A stretch of 62,440 nucleotides of DNA, counting the filler, from Gonapodya sp. JEL0774 (Eukaryota): assembly GCA_027604505.1 (NCBI GenBank). It is 17 parts of 17 records of this genome, joined end to end, with 100 filler letters (N's around TTAATTAATTAA, not from the genome) between each part and the next. Parts side by side here need not be neighbours in the genome. Positions count along the whole stretch, not along the records: positions 22,154 to 25,738 come from JADIIX010001236.1; positions 25,839 to 29,418 come from JADIIX010001237.1; positions 29,519 to 33,094 come from JADIIX010001238.1; positions 33,195 to 36,770 come from JADIIX010001239.1; 13 more parts are not named here. One strand, written 5' to 3'. The notes beneath the pieces were generated by a model, which saw only the letters and a list, made by a program, of their open reading frames with translations, was not told where the DNA came from and searched no databases. Of the stretch, positions 24,894 through 36,870 are shown piece by piece (positions within the stretch are counted from its first letter, which is position 1; each line of letters begins with the position of its first letter). A program made the position numbers and the translations under genes.

Positions 24894-25738
24894 CTAATCA
24901 GCCTGCCCCGACCTGAGATGAATGATGTACGTTACTACCAGTTCATCCATTTCACGAAATTGAGGATTTCCATCTCTTGCAGTCGTTTCATCCCCGGATG
25001 CACGCCTTGTTACAGGGACGTTGCAGCCAGTCCAATCCGTGCACTCTTCGACCGTGTATTCGCTTGTGCCCAATCTCATGAGCCTAAGAACATACTCCAA
25101 AAAGAATCGCGGGGACTTGGGTGGCAGATTACGTCCCGCTCCGATCCATCCATCATCATCTGGAGCCCATTTCCGTCCGAGTCGAACCAAGAACCTGACG
25201 TGCTTTGACTTGGCTTCACCTGGACTGCCATTGACAATTTCTTGGTCTGTCGCGACGGGAGGATCGATGTTCTGAAGGGTCAACAGCTGCCAGTCAGGGT
25301 CCGGAGATTGGGCGGGAACGTCTCGCATTGGTGGTGTCGTCACATCGTCGTCCATGGAATTCACATTATCGCACGCAGAATCACCTGAGCCTCCGAAAAG
25401 CACAACTGCACCACCCCCAATCGTCGACACTCGTTCATCAACACCCAAAACACTGAACCTCCACAAGCCGTGCTGGTGAACTTTGTTCCCTCTGCCAATT
25501 CCACCACTGGGCAAACTTCTCATCACAAATCTGCTTTCTACTTCTTCGACATCAAATATCTCCTCGTCAACCCCCAACGGTGGAACCTCATGCCAGGTCC
25601 ATGGCTTCATAACGTGACGTAGAATTCTTCGATGCAGCATGATTTCGCACCCGATTGAGCCTTCGACTGTCTTCCTTGCGCTCGCAGACGGATATAGTGC
25701 CCGAACTCCATGAGCGTGGCTCATGGTAAGCCAGAAGT
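24894..25738 (-). CDS. Hypothetical protein, 3' part
   Basis: 276-aa open frame running from the contig edge. No recognised motif. Confidence 0.5.
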
Positions 25739-25838
25739 NNNNNNNNNNNNNNNNNNNNNNNNNNNNNNNNNNNNNNNNNNNNTTAATTAATTAANNNNNN
25801 NNNNNNNNNNNNNNNNNNNNNNNNNNNNNNNNNNNNNN

Positions 25839-26261
25839 CCCGCGAGGAAGAACTCCACAATTGCTCTTGCTGTTTCTGCGCTGATGGATGTGTTCTGGAT
25901 CTCCCTTTCAGAGGCTCTGGCGATCCCACGAAGCGACGTAAAACCTTCCTGGAGTAGAAAGCAGTCTTGAAGGATCAAATTCAAGTTGAGGTGATGCTTG
26001 ATTCTTAGAGAAATCAAAGTGGAGCCGGTGGCCTGAATGCGCTCACCATTTTCTGTCAGCGGTTGCGATGGGTCGCCCGAAAGCAAGGTCAGCAACGGTA
26101 TTGAAACGCTATTGTCTCGCAGATGAAAGCTCGGGTTATCCACGGCAAACTAGCAGCATACACGTTGTCAGCGTCTGTGTCCCTCCCCGTAGCGACTCCG
26201 AGGGTCGTGTGAAACTCACTGCTGCCACGTCCGTTGCCATCCCATCAGTGTCTGCGGCCAT
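25839..26261 (-). CDS. Hypothetical protein, 5' part
   Basis: ATG at 26261 (MAADTDGM), a probable intron, then an open frame to the contig edge. Confidence 0.4.
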
Positions 26262-27541
26262 GCGAACCAGTTCACCGATGAAATCCATCACCTCGGAAAT
26301 ATTATGAACGGGAGAAATATTTGGCAGATCTATGAGACGCGATGCGAGGCTGGATGACGGTTGTTGTATGAGGTTATACGGTTCTGGTCTGTTGGAAAAC
26401 GGAGATCACCTGTGGGTAATCATGCCAAAACTCACGTAAATTGAGCTGCGAGGAACGTAGAACTTCGTCCAAACTCAGTCAAGCCTAGAATGTATATAGG
26501 GGGGGCGTTGATACTGGAGCGCTTCTCTAACCCGAGTTGAAGTTGAGTTATCCTAAAGAATAATGATAAACACTGCTAAGACACGTTCTGCTGTTGGTAT
26601 GCTGTGTAGATGTATAGCGCACCTGTTAACCAGTCTATCTGTTTCAGCTTGGGAGTCTGGTGAAACGCTCGACATCGATGACGTATCAGCAAACACGAAG
26701 TACAGATCAAGCTCTGGAATCCATATATCCTGATAGATCGAACTTCAACCTTCAAATTGGACAGAATTACCACCAGAGGGAACTCTTACTGCATTTCTCG
26801 ACTCATCCACAGCGTTCTCTGTTTTCCCCCCTGTAGTGGTTTTCAGATGAGAATCAACGGACAACAAGTTTCTGGAAGGATCGCAGTCCTCACCATCATT
26901 TACCGTGTACATTTCTGAATTTTTTGAGTTTCAAATGATCTGGTCCAGACTTGATTATGACTCTGATTATTGTCAGGTGATTGTGGATTCCTGTAGAGTG
27001 TATCATAGCTCCCTTCATGGGCATGGAATGCTTCTTTCTGCTCGGACATCTCAGGGTATTGCACGTGATTCTCCATTAGTCCGCCCTCAGCGCCCAGATC
27101 TGCCAGGTCCCATTTGCTATTACTCTTCTTTCCATGTCCACGAACGGTGGGATCAAGCGCCTCTTGTGGTGTTTGTCGATTCTCTCCGCGATTGGCAAAG
27201 TAAAGTGAGTTTCGGTTCGCAGAGGGTGAAGGTGCTACCCGCCGTGAGAACTGAGCAAGTGCTTTTCTGGGTGGCGGGGGACGATTCGATCGTGGGACTG
27301 TGTACATTGGGCACGCAAAGGCAGACGGTGTACTGGAGGATGGGCTGACATGGGAACACGGTTGTGGCACAGCCACCACAATCGAATTGTGGTCTTTGAG
27401 AAACGAGCAATTGATTCGGTTGGTCGAGAGGAAGCATCGCGACACAGTCCAACTTCACTCACCTTCAACATTGGCTCACGGCCACACGCGTGTTGTTCAT
27501 TCGCGATCATCGTGAAAACTCGTCAAACTCGGCGCTGCAGC

Positions 27542-28633
27542 ATGCCCGTTCCTCTACCTCTCGCGGCCGGTCACGGCCGCCTCCGCACAGAGATTCCCCT
27601 TTCTGGTGGAAGCTGCTCGATCCCGGAATGTGTTGCATCCTACCCTCTCAAACTGTTGCGCGTAGATCCTCGAGCGAGAACGGCGCCAGTCGAGCTCCAT
27701 ACAAGTGATAGGGGAATCGATTCCCAAATCAAGCCATCAGTTGACACTGCCATTGTCTACGTGCTTACATATGGTGGAGGAGTGGTGAGCGGCGACGAAG
27801 TGAAAGTGGAGGTGAAAGTAGGGAGTGGAACAGGACTGGTATTACTCAGTCAGGGATCCACCAAAGTTTTCAAGCACAGACAGGGTTCTGGAAACATGAT
27901 AGGGGGACAACTGTGGTCTGAACAGTCACTTGACACTCGTGTGGAACCTCGAGGAGTGGTGGTCATTGGTCTGGACCCTGTGGCGCCGTTCGCTGGCAGC
28001 TTCTTCCGACAAAAGACGAAAGTCAGGTTGATGAACCGTGATTCAGGTGCTGTGATAGTGGACTGGTTTACGTGTGGAAGGAGTAGTCGAGGTGAAAAAT
28101 GGGCATTCGGTGGATACGAAAGCAAGGTGGAATTGTGGATGGGGGGAGATGATACGAAAAAGGACGAGGTGCTTTGGTGCCGGGAATCACTCGTCCTACA
28201 TCATCAAGAATCCGAAGTGGTGAGGACTGACCGCGCTGCAGAACACTCAACAACGTACGCCTCCCGTCTGGGCTTTGACTCTTTCGAGTGTTTTGCAACC
28301 ATTATTGTCGCTGGTAACCCCTGCCGTGACGTAGTACACGATGTGGAGCGATTGTGGGAGGCGGTAGTGGTCGGTGGCGGTGGTGCATCAGATGCGAAAC
28401 GCGGTCGTGTGGACGACATAGTGTGGTCTGCAGCCCCTCTCCCTCGAATGTACCCCACTTTTCGACCCTCGCTGCCCGGGTATCACACAAATGCCCCGCA
28501 ATCAGTTTCACAACCGCCGGGGGTGGTTGTGAGGGTTGGGGGTCGAACTTCCGAGGGCGTGAAGGTATTCGTGAAAGGGACAGTGCTCAGGGCTCTCACA
28601 TCAGTGGTGGGAGAGTGGGGAAGCAGAACATGA
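27542..28633 (+). CDS. ureD: Urease accessory protein UreD
   Basis: SYPLKLL, VYVLTYGGGVVSGDEV, LLSQGSTKVFK, DPVAPFAGS and DWFTCGRSSRGEKWAF. Intronless. Confidence 0.92.
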   Translation: MPVPLPLAAGHGRLRTEIPLSGGSCSIPECVASYPLKLLRVDPRARTAPVELHTSDRGIDSQIKPSVDTAIVYVLTYGGGVVSGDEVKVEVKVGSGTGLVLLSQGSTKVFKHRQGSGNMIGGQLWSEQSLDTRVEPRGVVVIGLDPVAPFAGSFFRQKTKVRLMNRDSGAVIVDWFTCGRSSRGEKWAFGGYESKVELWMGGDDTKKDEVLWCRESLVLHHQESEVVRTDRAAEHSTTYASRLGFDSFECFATIIVAGNPCRDVVHDVERLWEAVVVGGGGASDAKRGRVDDIVWSAAPLPRMYPTFRPSLPGYHTNAPQSVSQPPGVVVRVGGRTSEGVKVFVKGTVLRALTSVVGEWGSRT

Positions 28634-28727
28634 AGGCAGGGACCGATCTGTCACTTTGAAATGTGTTGTATTGAAGGTGCCTAGGCAAAGGAGTATGCAT
28701 GTACCCAGTGAGGCCCTTTATCTCAAA

Positions 28728-29088
28728 TCATTCTACTTCCTTGTCCGCAATCTTGTACGTGTCTATTAAAGATATAAGAGGTAGGTGGACATTATCCAAC
28801 ATTGGGGACTCGCTGTACTGAACTCACGTTGCTCCATCATTTCTTCGATCTCAGCCCTAATCGTGTCCACGTAATCCTTATCTACGAAAATGAATCTGTC
28901 ACCAAAGTCCTCATCAATGACGAACTTGTCGTGCTTATGCGCGTCCTGTAGCTGGAGAATCATTTGTTTCACGGCGGGTTCACTATGTCGAGGTTGAAGG
29001 ATAGCAACTTGAATGCCAGAGAGGCAACAGACGTGGCTTGAATGTATTACCATTCAATGAGCGCACCACGAGTGACTTCAGTGGTCAT
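28728..29088 (-). CDS. TFB5: TFIIH subunit Tfb5/TTD-A (3 exons)
   Basis: MTTEVTRGALIEC-EPAVKQMILQL...FVIDEDFGDRFIFV...IEEMMEQ, last exon TYKIADKEVE*. Confidence 0.88.
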
Positions 29089-29284
29089 ATTCCGATCGTT
29101 GAAGTCCGGTATTATGAAGTCGGTGTCCAAATCATGACCACGGCCCGGTCGTCTGATGCGATTACCTGTTAGTACTCTGCAACGGATTATTTTCGGAAGC
29201 CACCTTGAAAGCACCAGGCTTAGCCGCTTAGCTTTTTGCTTGCCTTCGTCACTCCCTTTGGCTCGGTCCCCGGCCGTGACTGCG

Positions 29285-29418
29285 ATGTTCGAGAAGACAT
29301 TAGCGGACGTTATTCGAGGAATCCGGGCGAACAAGAACAAGGAGCATGATTTCATTACTGCGTGTCTAAATGAGACGAGACAGGAGATCAAGAAAGAAGA
29401 TATGGATGTCAAAGCTCG
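29285..29418 (+). CDS. APL5: AP-3 adaptor complex delta subunit, N-terminus
   Basis: MFEKTLADVIRGIRANKNKEHDFITACLNETRQEIKKEDMDVKA is the conserved AP3D1 N-terminus. Confidence 0.9.
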
Positions 29419-29518
29419 NNNNNNNNNNNNNNNNNNNNNNNNNNNNNNNNNNNNNNNNNNNNTTAATTAATTAANNNNNNNNNNNNNNNNNNNNNNNNNN
29501 NNNNNNNNNNNNNNNNNN

Positions 29519-30855
29519 AGGTAACGTTTCATTTCTACCAAAATCGCTGCTCTGCAGTTCAAACGAGCCTCATTAGGTACAGTCCCAACTGGAACGGCTT
29601 CATGGGACTCCAAAGCGGTGGCCAGAACACCTGGCAAGCGTTCGCATCGTGTTCCGAGACGCTTTTCAAGCTTGACAAGTCGCTTGCTTATCGACATCAA
29701 ATGCGTGAGTGTGAGTTGGGAGAGCAGTTTGGTCGAGGCCGGTCGAGATAAAGAGGCAAGGGTGCGAGTTCCGGGTGGCGAACTGGGGTTTGAAGTAGGT
29801 GGAGTGGTGCTTACACGTGGAGACACAGAACCCGGGCTCGTCTTGTTGGATCCTGAGTGGTTATCGAAAGTCTCACTGATTCGCTCGAGACTAGGGCACA
29901 GTCGTGCAAGTTTGAGGAAAATGCTGCTGCAGTGGAGTGATGTGTCGTATATGGACTGCGGTAGATCGTCCCGATCGGAAGAAAGTGAGGTGGGAGATCC
30001 GAGAGCTCCAAAGAGGGCCGCGGTGAGCTGCATGGCGGTTTTGGGTGAAGCAGATACTGTAGGCCTTTCGGGGCTGTCGGTGGCGGAGGATGAAAGGGAA
30101 GAAGGAGAACGGGTTTGTCGGGAACAAGTGGGCGACAGAATGTCTTCTTTCGGCGACACCGTAGCAAGGAACGTGAGCAGCACAGACATGAACTCGCGAA
30201 TGTCCCGAGTTTTTCGTGGTCTGATCGAATTGCGGGTTGGTGTCACTGGATTTGTATAATCTTGGAGCCCGTTGCTCGGGCCCTTGGCGCTCCTTCTGGC
30301 ATCGGGAGCTGCTTCGCAGCCAAAACATAGAGATCGCACGAGACGTCCTCGACGTGGTAGAGCGGGGAGGAGTAGCTGAAAGCTCGAAAGCGATGATAGA
30401 GATATATCGCGGTAAAGAATTCGAGCAGCACAATCTCCAGTGACGCGAGCGGTGCAACATACGGTGCAAAGGTCTTTCGGACTGGAGGAAAACAAGATTG
30501 CCACTTCCGATACCGTTTCCGTGGAACATAACGTCACTACCCACCTCAGGTAAGCGAAGATTTGAGTCTGAATTTCTGGAGGGAGATTTTGCAGCGCCAG
30601 TTTCGACTGGGAGAACGCTAAGCTGACTTCACTTGACTGTAGCCCTTCGGTAGCAGTTTCATGCGACGCTGAACGCAGCGCCCCTTCGTGCAATGGGCGG
30701 GGTTTAATACGACAAATGGTTCCGTTGGCAGTGACAAGAAGAGCCGTCCACAGGCTCCAGCTGAGCTCGCCGTTGAGGAAAAAATCTCGGGCGATCACCA
30801 CTGCAAGTGCGTCGTGCTTCCGGCTGATTGGTTGCTCAGTCGTTGTACCAGTCAT
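29519..30855 (-). CDS. F-box-like protein, 3'-truncated
   Basis: LQNLPPEIQTQIFAYL...ARILYRDISL followed by a Ser/Pro-rich region. Long open frame to the contig edge. Confidence 0.65.
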
Positions 30856-31321
30856 CTGTGAGGACCGAGAGGCAGGACTCAAGACCAACAGCTCGAGCTC
30901 TGGGTGGAGAAAGGGGAAATAGCAAATGTGTTCGCGGAATACTTCGCATGAGCGCAATCGCACTGTGCGAAGTCACGGCGGACACAATGATATCGATCTG
31001 GCGGAGGATATTTTGAGTTTCGCCTTTGACCAATGTACTACTCGTTCCGAAGCATCACAACTCTCACAAGAATATATTTGCCATCTCGCCCTCTTGTCGC
31101 CATCGCATTCACGTGAGGGAGCGGGACGAGCTCTGCAGGCGGAGTGCTTTAGCCCGCACACGTCGAGCACCCTGATGTGTTCTTGGTCATATATACATAA
31201 GTCGGCCCTTCTCAAAGCCGATCTCACATAAAACCCAGCCAACCGTTTCATTCAGTTCGAACTGTGAAGATCAGCTTGGAGATTGAGCCGATTTTCATCA
31301 TCCGTACCTTCGCTCATAACG

Positions 31322-33094
31322 ATGACGTCTCTTCTTCTGAGTGAGCAAATACCCCATATGCTGAACGACCTCTCAAGTTGGGACCCGTTCCCTCCCAAAC
31401 GTAACTATCTGTAAGTGGGAGCTCAGCATGTTTAGTTCTGCTCTCTTGAGACCTCCCTCACGGCCTCGATTGTCTTTGGTTTGGGATGCTACATTTATGT
31501 ATTCATCGCAAAGGACCGGTCTCGACAGCATGTTCCTAGTAATGGACAAGCCTGAGGTCCGGGGACAAGTATCTGGTGTCTACATCTTCCAGCAAAGGAT
31601 TGACCCAGCTCTGGTGAAACGGCAAGTGGAAGACTACTGCAGGAAGACGGGTGGCCGGGCAATGCAGCGAATTGTCAAAAACGAATGGACGTTTGGCCGG
31701 CCTTACTTCGAGGATATGGGAGCCGATTTCAACATTGATGAGCTTTTTGCGGTAAGGAGATGCCAAACCTCTGATGCACTGCGGTTGCTGATCCTACGGC
31801 GACTTGTGTCTCTCTACCCCCAGTACGTTAAAATCGAAGCACCCGGCAATGACGAGCAGATTGCAGAGGTTGCAAGTCGCGCTCAAGCTTCGGGATTCAA
31901 CTGGAAACACCCTCTCATTCACTGCACGTATATCGATGGTGTAGAAAATGGCACCAAGTTCGCTCTTGTCTGGCGAGCTCACCACGCAATGGCCGACGGA
32001 CAAGGATTTACCCGTGCCCTTCTGACATATATCGCATCAATTGATCCGTAAGCATCAGCCCTTCAAGATATAATTTTTTGGTTCGCTTGTGGTAGTGACT
32101 AATCGTTGCGTTTTATGTTAATGCAGCACCACCGGGCTCTCCTCCGCCGACAATAAGGCCGCAACCGATCGTTTAAAAGCCATGCAACACAAAGCCGGCC
32201 GTCGGAAGTCTATTGTGGCGACGGTCAAATCCCAGTCTGAGCAAGCGCGGGATTATGTCATCCAGATGGCGTTGCTGGCTTTCGGCATTGTCCTTTACGT
32301 CTTGAACATGATCTGGGTCGCGGTTGGCGCGACGGGATTGCAAGGGAGGAAGTCACTGTGGAACCCTGATCCCAAGAAGCGTGAGTCCGGCCAGGCTCAT
32401 TAACGAATGGTCTTTCTCATTTCAATTAACATTCCTTCGTGTTCCATCTATAGGCGCCGGTACCGTAGAGAAGCAGGTCGGATGGACCTCGAATATGTCA
32501 CTCAGCGAAGTTAAGCGGGTCAAAACCATTCTCGGTTGTACTGTGAATGACCTGCTGCTTGCGGCTGTCGCGGGGGGCCTCCAGAAGTATTGCAGAGAAA
32601 AGGGGCAGCTTAAGGATCGCAACTTCGTTATGTTGATTCGTGAGTAATTGATTTTCATTGATACTACATAGGTTATTGATATCCCACTCGTATCACTGCT
32701 TTCAGCCACCTCCCTCCGCCGTTCCAATGACTTCGCAGTCTCGAACGAGTCTGCTGGATACATGCTCACGCTCCCTGTCGACATTGAAGATCCCGTGAAG
32801 CGTGTAAAGGTCATCGCCTCTCGTATGGATCTGCTCAAGAAGTCGTGGGAGCCAGTAGGGGTTTACTTTGGTGGGAAGTACGGTTTGACGTTTCCCTGGT
32901 TATACCGGAAGGATTGGATCTACGCAAATGTTGGAAAGATGCACGGGGGAGGTAAGGACTCCCCCACTTTGGCAAAATGGTACTCACTTTACTAACCCTT
33001 CCTTTGCACGATATTGGACTTCAGTGACGAATGTCCCCGGTCCGGCCCAGCCATTGACCTGGGGTGGAGTCGTTATTGAGCGTCTAATTCCTGT
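31322..33094 (+). CDS. Wax ester synthase / diacylglycerol acyltransferase (WS/DGAT), spliced, 3'-truncated
   Basis: TGLDSMFL, catalytic HHAMADGQG (HHxxxDG), GCTVNDLLLAAVAGGLQKY and TNVPGP. The start is approximate. Confidence 0.88.
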
Positions 33095-33228
33095 NNNNNN
33101 NNNNNNNNNNNNNNNNNNNNNNNNNNNNNNNNNNNNNNTTAATTAATTAANNNNNNNNNNNNNNNNNNNNNNNNNNNNNNNNNNNNNNNNNNNNGAAATG
33201 CTGACGAACGAGTTTCCAACTCAAATAG

Positions 33229-35281
33229 CTCATCAAATATGACTACCTCGTCGTTGGTGTTGGCGCTGAAACCACCACATTCGGGACCAAAGGTGTCAAG
33301 GAGCACGCCCTCTACCTCAAAGCAAGTGTCTCTTCGCTCGACCCTTCGCACTCCGTCCATCGTCATCCCATCCAACATCGCCCAATCCCTCCCCACTCCC
33401 CCTAGGAAATCTCCGACGCCAAAACCATCCGCCGAAGCATCATGGATTCCGTCGAGACGGCCTCGTTCCCCGGCCAACGACCCGAAGAGATCGACCGACT
33501 TCTCCACTTTGTCATCGTCGGTGGAGGTCCCACGGGTGTGGAGTACGCCGCGGAGCTGGGGGACTTTGTGGATGACGATTTGAAGAAGTGGTTTCCCGGT
33601 GCGTGTCGGGATTTCGTCGCGGTGGGCGAGTGTGTCGTGGCGGGAACCCGGTCTTCACACGGCGCGTTCGATATGGTCGAGCAACAGTCATTTCCACCCG
33701 TGCGCGGATAACCCTCATCGATTCTCGACGCCACGTGCTGGCATCGTTCGACGAGCGGCTGGTGGAACATACCGAGCGTGCGTTCCGAAAAGAACACATC
33801 GAACACTTGTGAGTCTTTTTGCCCTGTGTGGGTTGCGCACGCATATAAAATATGGGTACTTTTGTCCATCGGAAATCAACGCTCTTGGCAGGGGCAACAC
33901 CCGCGTCAAAGAAGTCCGCGAAAAGGAGGTCGTGGTATCCGAAAAGCGGCACAAGCAGGTCAAGGAACTCGTCGACGGTGTGGAGACCCTCGTGGACAAG
34001 GAAGTGGTCGAGACGTATTCGATACCGTACGGTGAGTCGTGGGGGCCGCGCCTCTCGGAAGCAGAGAGCGATTGACGCGAGTTGTTTTATGGCGGTGCTT
34101 TGATGATCATTTTCGTTTTATAATATCAGGTGTGTTGGTGTGGGCCGGCGGGAACGGCATCCGCCCCATCACGCAAAAGATCATCTCCAAGCTTGACCCG
34201 ACCCTCCAAAAGGACAGGTACGGTTTCGAACGACTCCTTTTTTTCCAGTTGAGCTCTGTCCCGGTGCTCACATGTGGTGCGACCCCCAGCCGCGGCCTCT
34301 CTGTCGACGAGCGGCTGAAAGTGCTCGGTACCGAGAGGATGTACGCCATGGGGGATTGTACGGCGACCAAGTGAGTCAAGTGGCCCGGAGCAAAGGCTAT
34401 AATCAGCCCCAGACGTCTCGAGTCAACCGTGTTCCTTCCGATCGATGTGTACCGTGGTTGTACACTACTGTAGATACGGTACGTTCCCGCTCCAGTATCC
34501 ACTCCATCCCCACCAGGCACCTCATCATTTCCCCCCGAACCTCCCCCCACCCCCACCCAGCCCCCACTGCCCAAGTCGCCTCCCAACAAGCCCAGTACCT
34601 CGCGTCCACATTCGCCCACCTCGGTCATACCATCGCCGACCTCTCCCGCCGGGGCTCGACGTTCGAATCGGCCTGCGAGGCGGCGGAACTGGCGGGAAAC
34701 GGAAAGGAAGGGAAAAGGGGGGAGGCAGAGGTGGGCGCGTTTGGGTATAGGAATTTGGGAAGCTTGGCGTACGTGGGTGAGTCGAGTCGGGACCCGCGCG
34801 CGTCGGGGGGTCCGGGGTGCCGGGTGTGCGCGGGGATGAGGGTCGTGGCTGGTGCACCGTACTCATCACACCCCACGCACCCACACGCCACTGCACACCC
34901 CGAACCAAGGCGGCGACGAAGCCATCGCGGACCTTCCTTTTGGCGTGAAACTTTCGGGCGCGGCCACGTATTGGTTCTGGAAGTCGGTGTATCTGAGCAA
35001 GTGAGTTGGAAAGTACCGTTGAACAGTGGTGGACCATTGTGCCCGCTACACCCCTAGATTAGTTGTGGTCGTGTGACTCGTCTGTGGTTTTGTTGGGGGG
35101 CAACGTCACGTACGTGGGTCTCCCGTTTTCGCACATTACTAATACTTCACGCCTCGTGGATCCTGCATCCCTGACCGACACAACAACACAACAAACTAAA
35201 CGATAACCAACCGGGAAATATATATATAGGATGCTCAACATCCGCAATCGGGTCCTCGTGGCGTTCGATTGGACGAAATCG
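33229..35281 (+). CDS. Type II (alternative) NADH dehydrogenase, NDE1/NDI1-like, partial and spliced
   Basis: [76 protein letters not shown] and [13 protein letters not shown]. Confidence 0.93.
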
Positions 35282-35427
35282 GTGAGTGGTACAAGGCGTG
35301 GTATGTTCGGGGTGGTACCATACACGGGGGGAGTGCGGGGTGCCGGTGTGCCGGTGTGCGGAGTGCGGAGTGCACGGGTGTCGGTACGTGTGGAACGGAA
35401 CGGACGGAGACGACAACGGAACCGGAA

Positions 35428-35504
35428 GAACGGGAGAACGGGTAGGCAGTGGGGAACGGGAGAACGGGTAGGCAGTGGGGAACGGAGAACGGAGAACGGA
35501 GAAC
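35428..35504 (+). repeat. Short tandem repeats
   Basis: 26-bp unit GAACGGGAGAACGGGTAGGCAGTGGG twice, followed by GAACGGA three times. Confidence 0.85.
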
Positions 35505-36870
35505 CGGTAACGGAGGCCAGACACGTACGTACGTGGTGGGGTTGGTGGGATGTGGTGAGACCGCCCCGCCCCAACCCCACGCGGCCACGCGTGCGTGGTC
35601 GGTGGTCAGGGTATGCCGGGGGAAGGGGAACGTTGATTCGCGCCTAGCCTAGTAGGGGACTGAGACACGACTGTGACACAACACAACACAACCAAACCGA
35701 TCCTAACCGACCCACTCACACACTCCGCCCCAACCCCCCAACCCCCCCCCAGTGGTTCTTCGGCCGAGACATATCTCGGGAATGAGCCTCCCGCGGTGAG
35801 CGGTGCGGCACTCGAGACCCTGGACGGGGTGGGTGGGGTGGGTGTACGGTGTGGAGAAGGGGGAGGGATGCAGAGGGGCAAGGGAGGATGGTGTGGAGGG
35901 AACACGAGTGAGGTGGTTTGGTGGACTCGAGACCTCGCCCCGGACTCGCACCAGGTTGCAGATACGTGATCACCCCAGCCTGCCACCATCCGGCGCGTGT
36001 CGGTGCCGGCTTAATCGGGGTACGGAATACGAAAACACGATATTCGTATTATTAGTTTCAGTTTTAGTCTTTTCCCCCCCCTTTTTGGTGTGTGGTTTTA
36101 TATAGAATGTATTTTCGGTGGATACAATTGTACACGCCTCCTCCGTGTCTGGCGTGTCTGGCATACGCGTCACCATCGTCCACGTCAGCGTGCAACCAAC
36201 CTCCACGTCTCCACTTGCTCCATCCGACCTGTCTCTCTTCCTCTTCCTCTTCACTTGCAGGTGCAGGGTTTGCCGGCCGCGGTGCAGGCGCAGGCTTGAG
36301 GTGGGCGGTGGTGGTGGGGTCGACCGACGGAGGTGTGGCGTGTGGGCGATAGGGGTCGGGGGGGATAGAGTTGGGGGGGTCAGTAAGGGAACAAGGAACG
36401 AGGAACGCAGGAATTGGAGAGGGGAGAGCGATGCGATGCGATGCGATGTGTGCGTGGGCGGTGACCAGAGTCACGGCGGTCCACTACTCCACTGATGAAC
36501 GTCCAGCACGAGTCCCGTGGGCGGGAGCGAGTCCGGGTGGGCCCCGATGGTAGTTCCAACCGTTTTCTGGTCCAACCGGCTCAGAAAATGCGTCCCCACG
36601 AAGTACACACGTCCCAAGTCCCGTCAAGGCGCCAAAACACCGATCCGACTCACCTGACCCACAGCCGCAGACGTGTTTCTCAGCGGAGGCTGGGGCCGGG
36701 GCAGGGGCAGAGGTGGTTTGAGTGGATTTCTTGCAGGCGCAGTCAGAGGAGGAGCAGGAGCAGTCTTTTANNNNNNNNNNNNNNNNNNNNNNNNNNNNNN
36801 NNNNNNNNNNNNNNTTAATTAATTAANNNNNNNNNNNNNNNNNNNNNNNNNNNNNNNNNNNNNNNNNNNN

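Noticed and set aside
26576..27310. Small spliced minus-strand gene starting MYTVPRS, divergent from ureD
   Set aside because: Probably real, but I could not establish its exon structure or family.
22154..33094. Sterol desaturase, UreD and WS/DGAT as a metabolic gene cluster
   Set aside because: They lie on three separate contigs, so their proximity is an artefact of concatenation.
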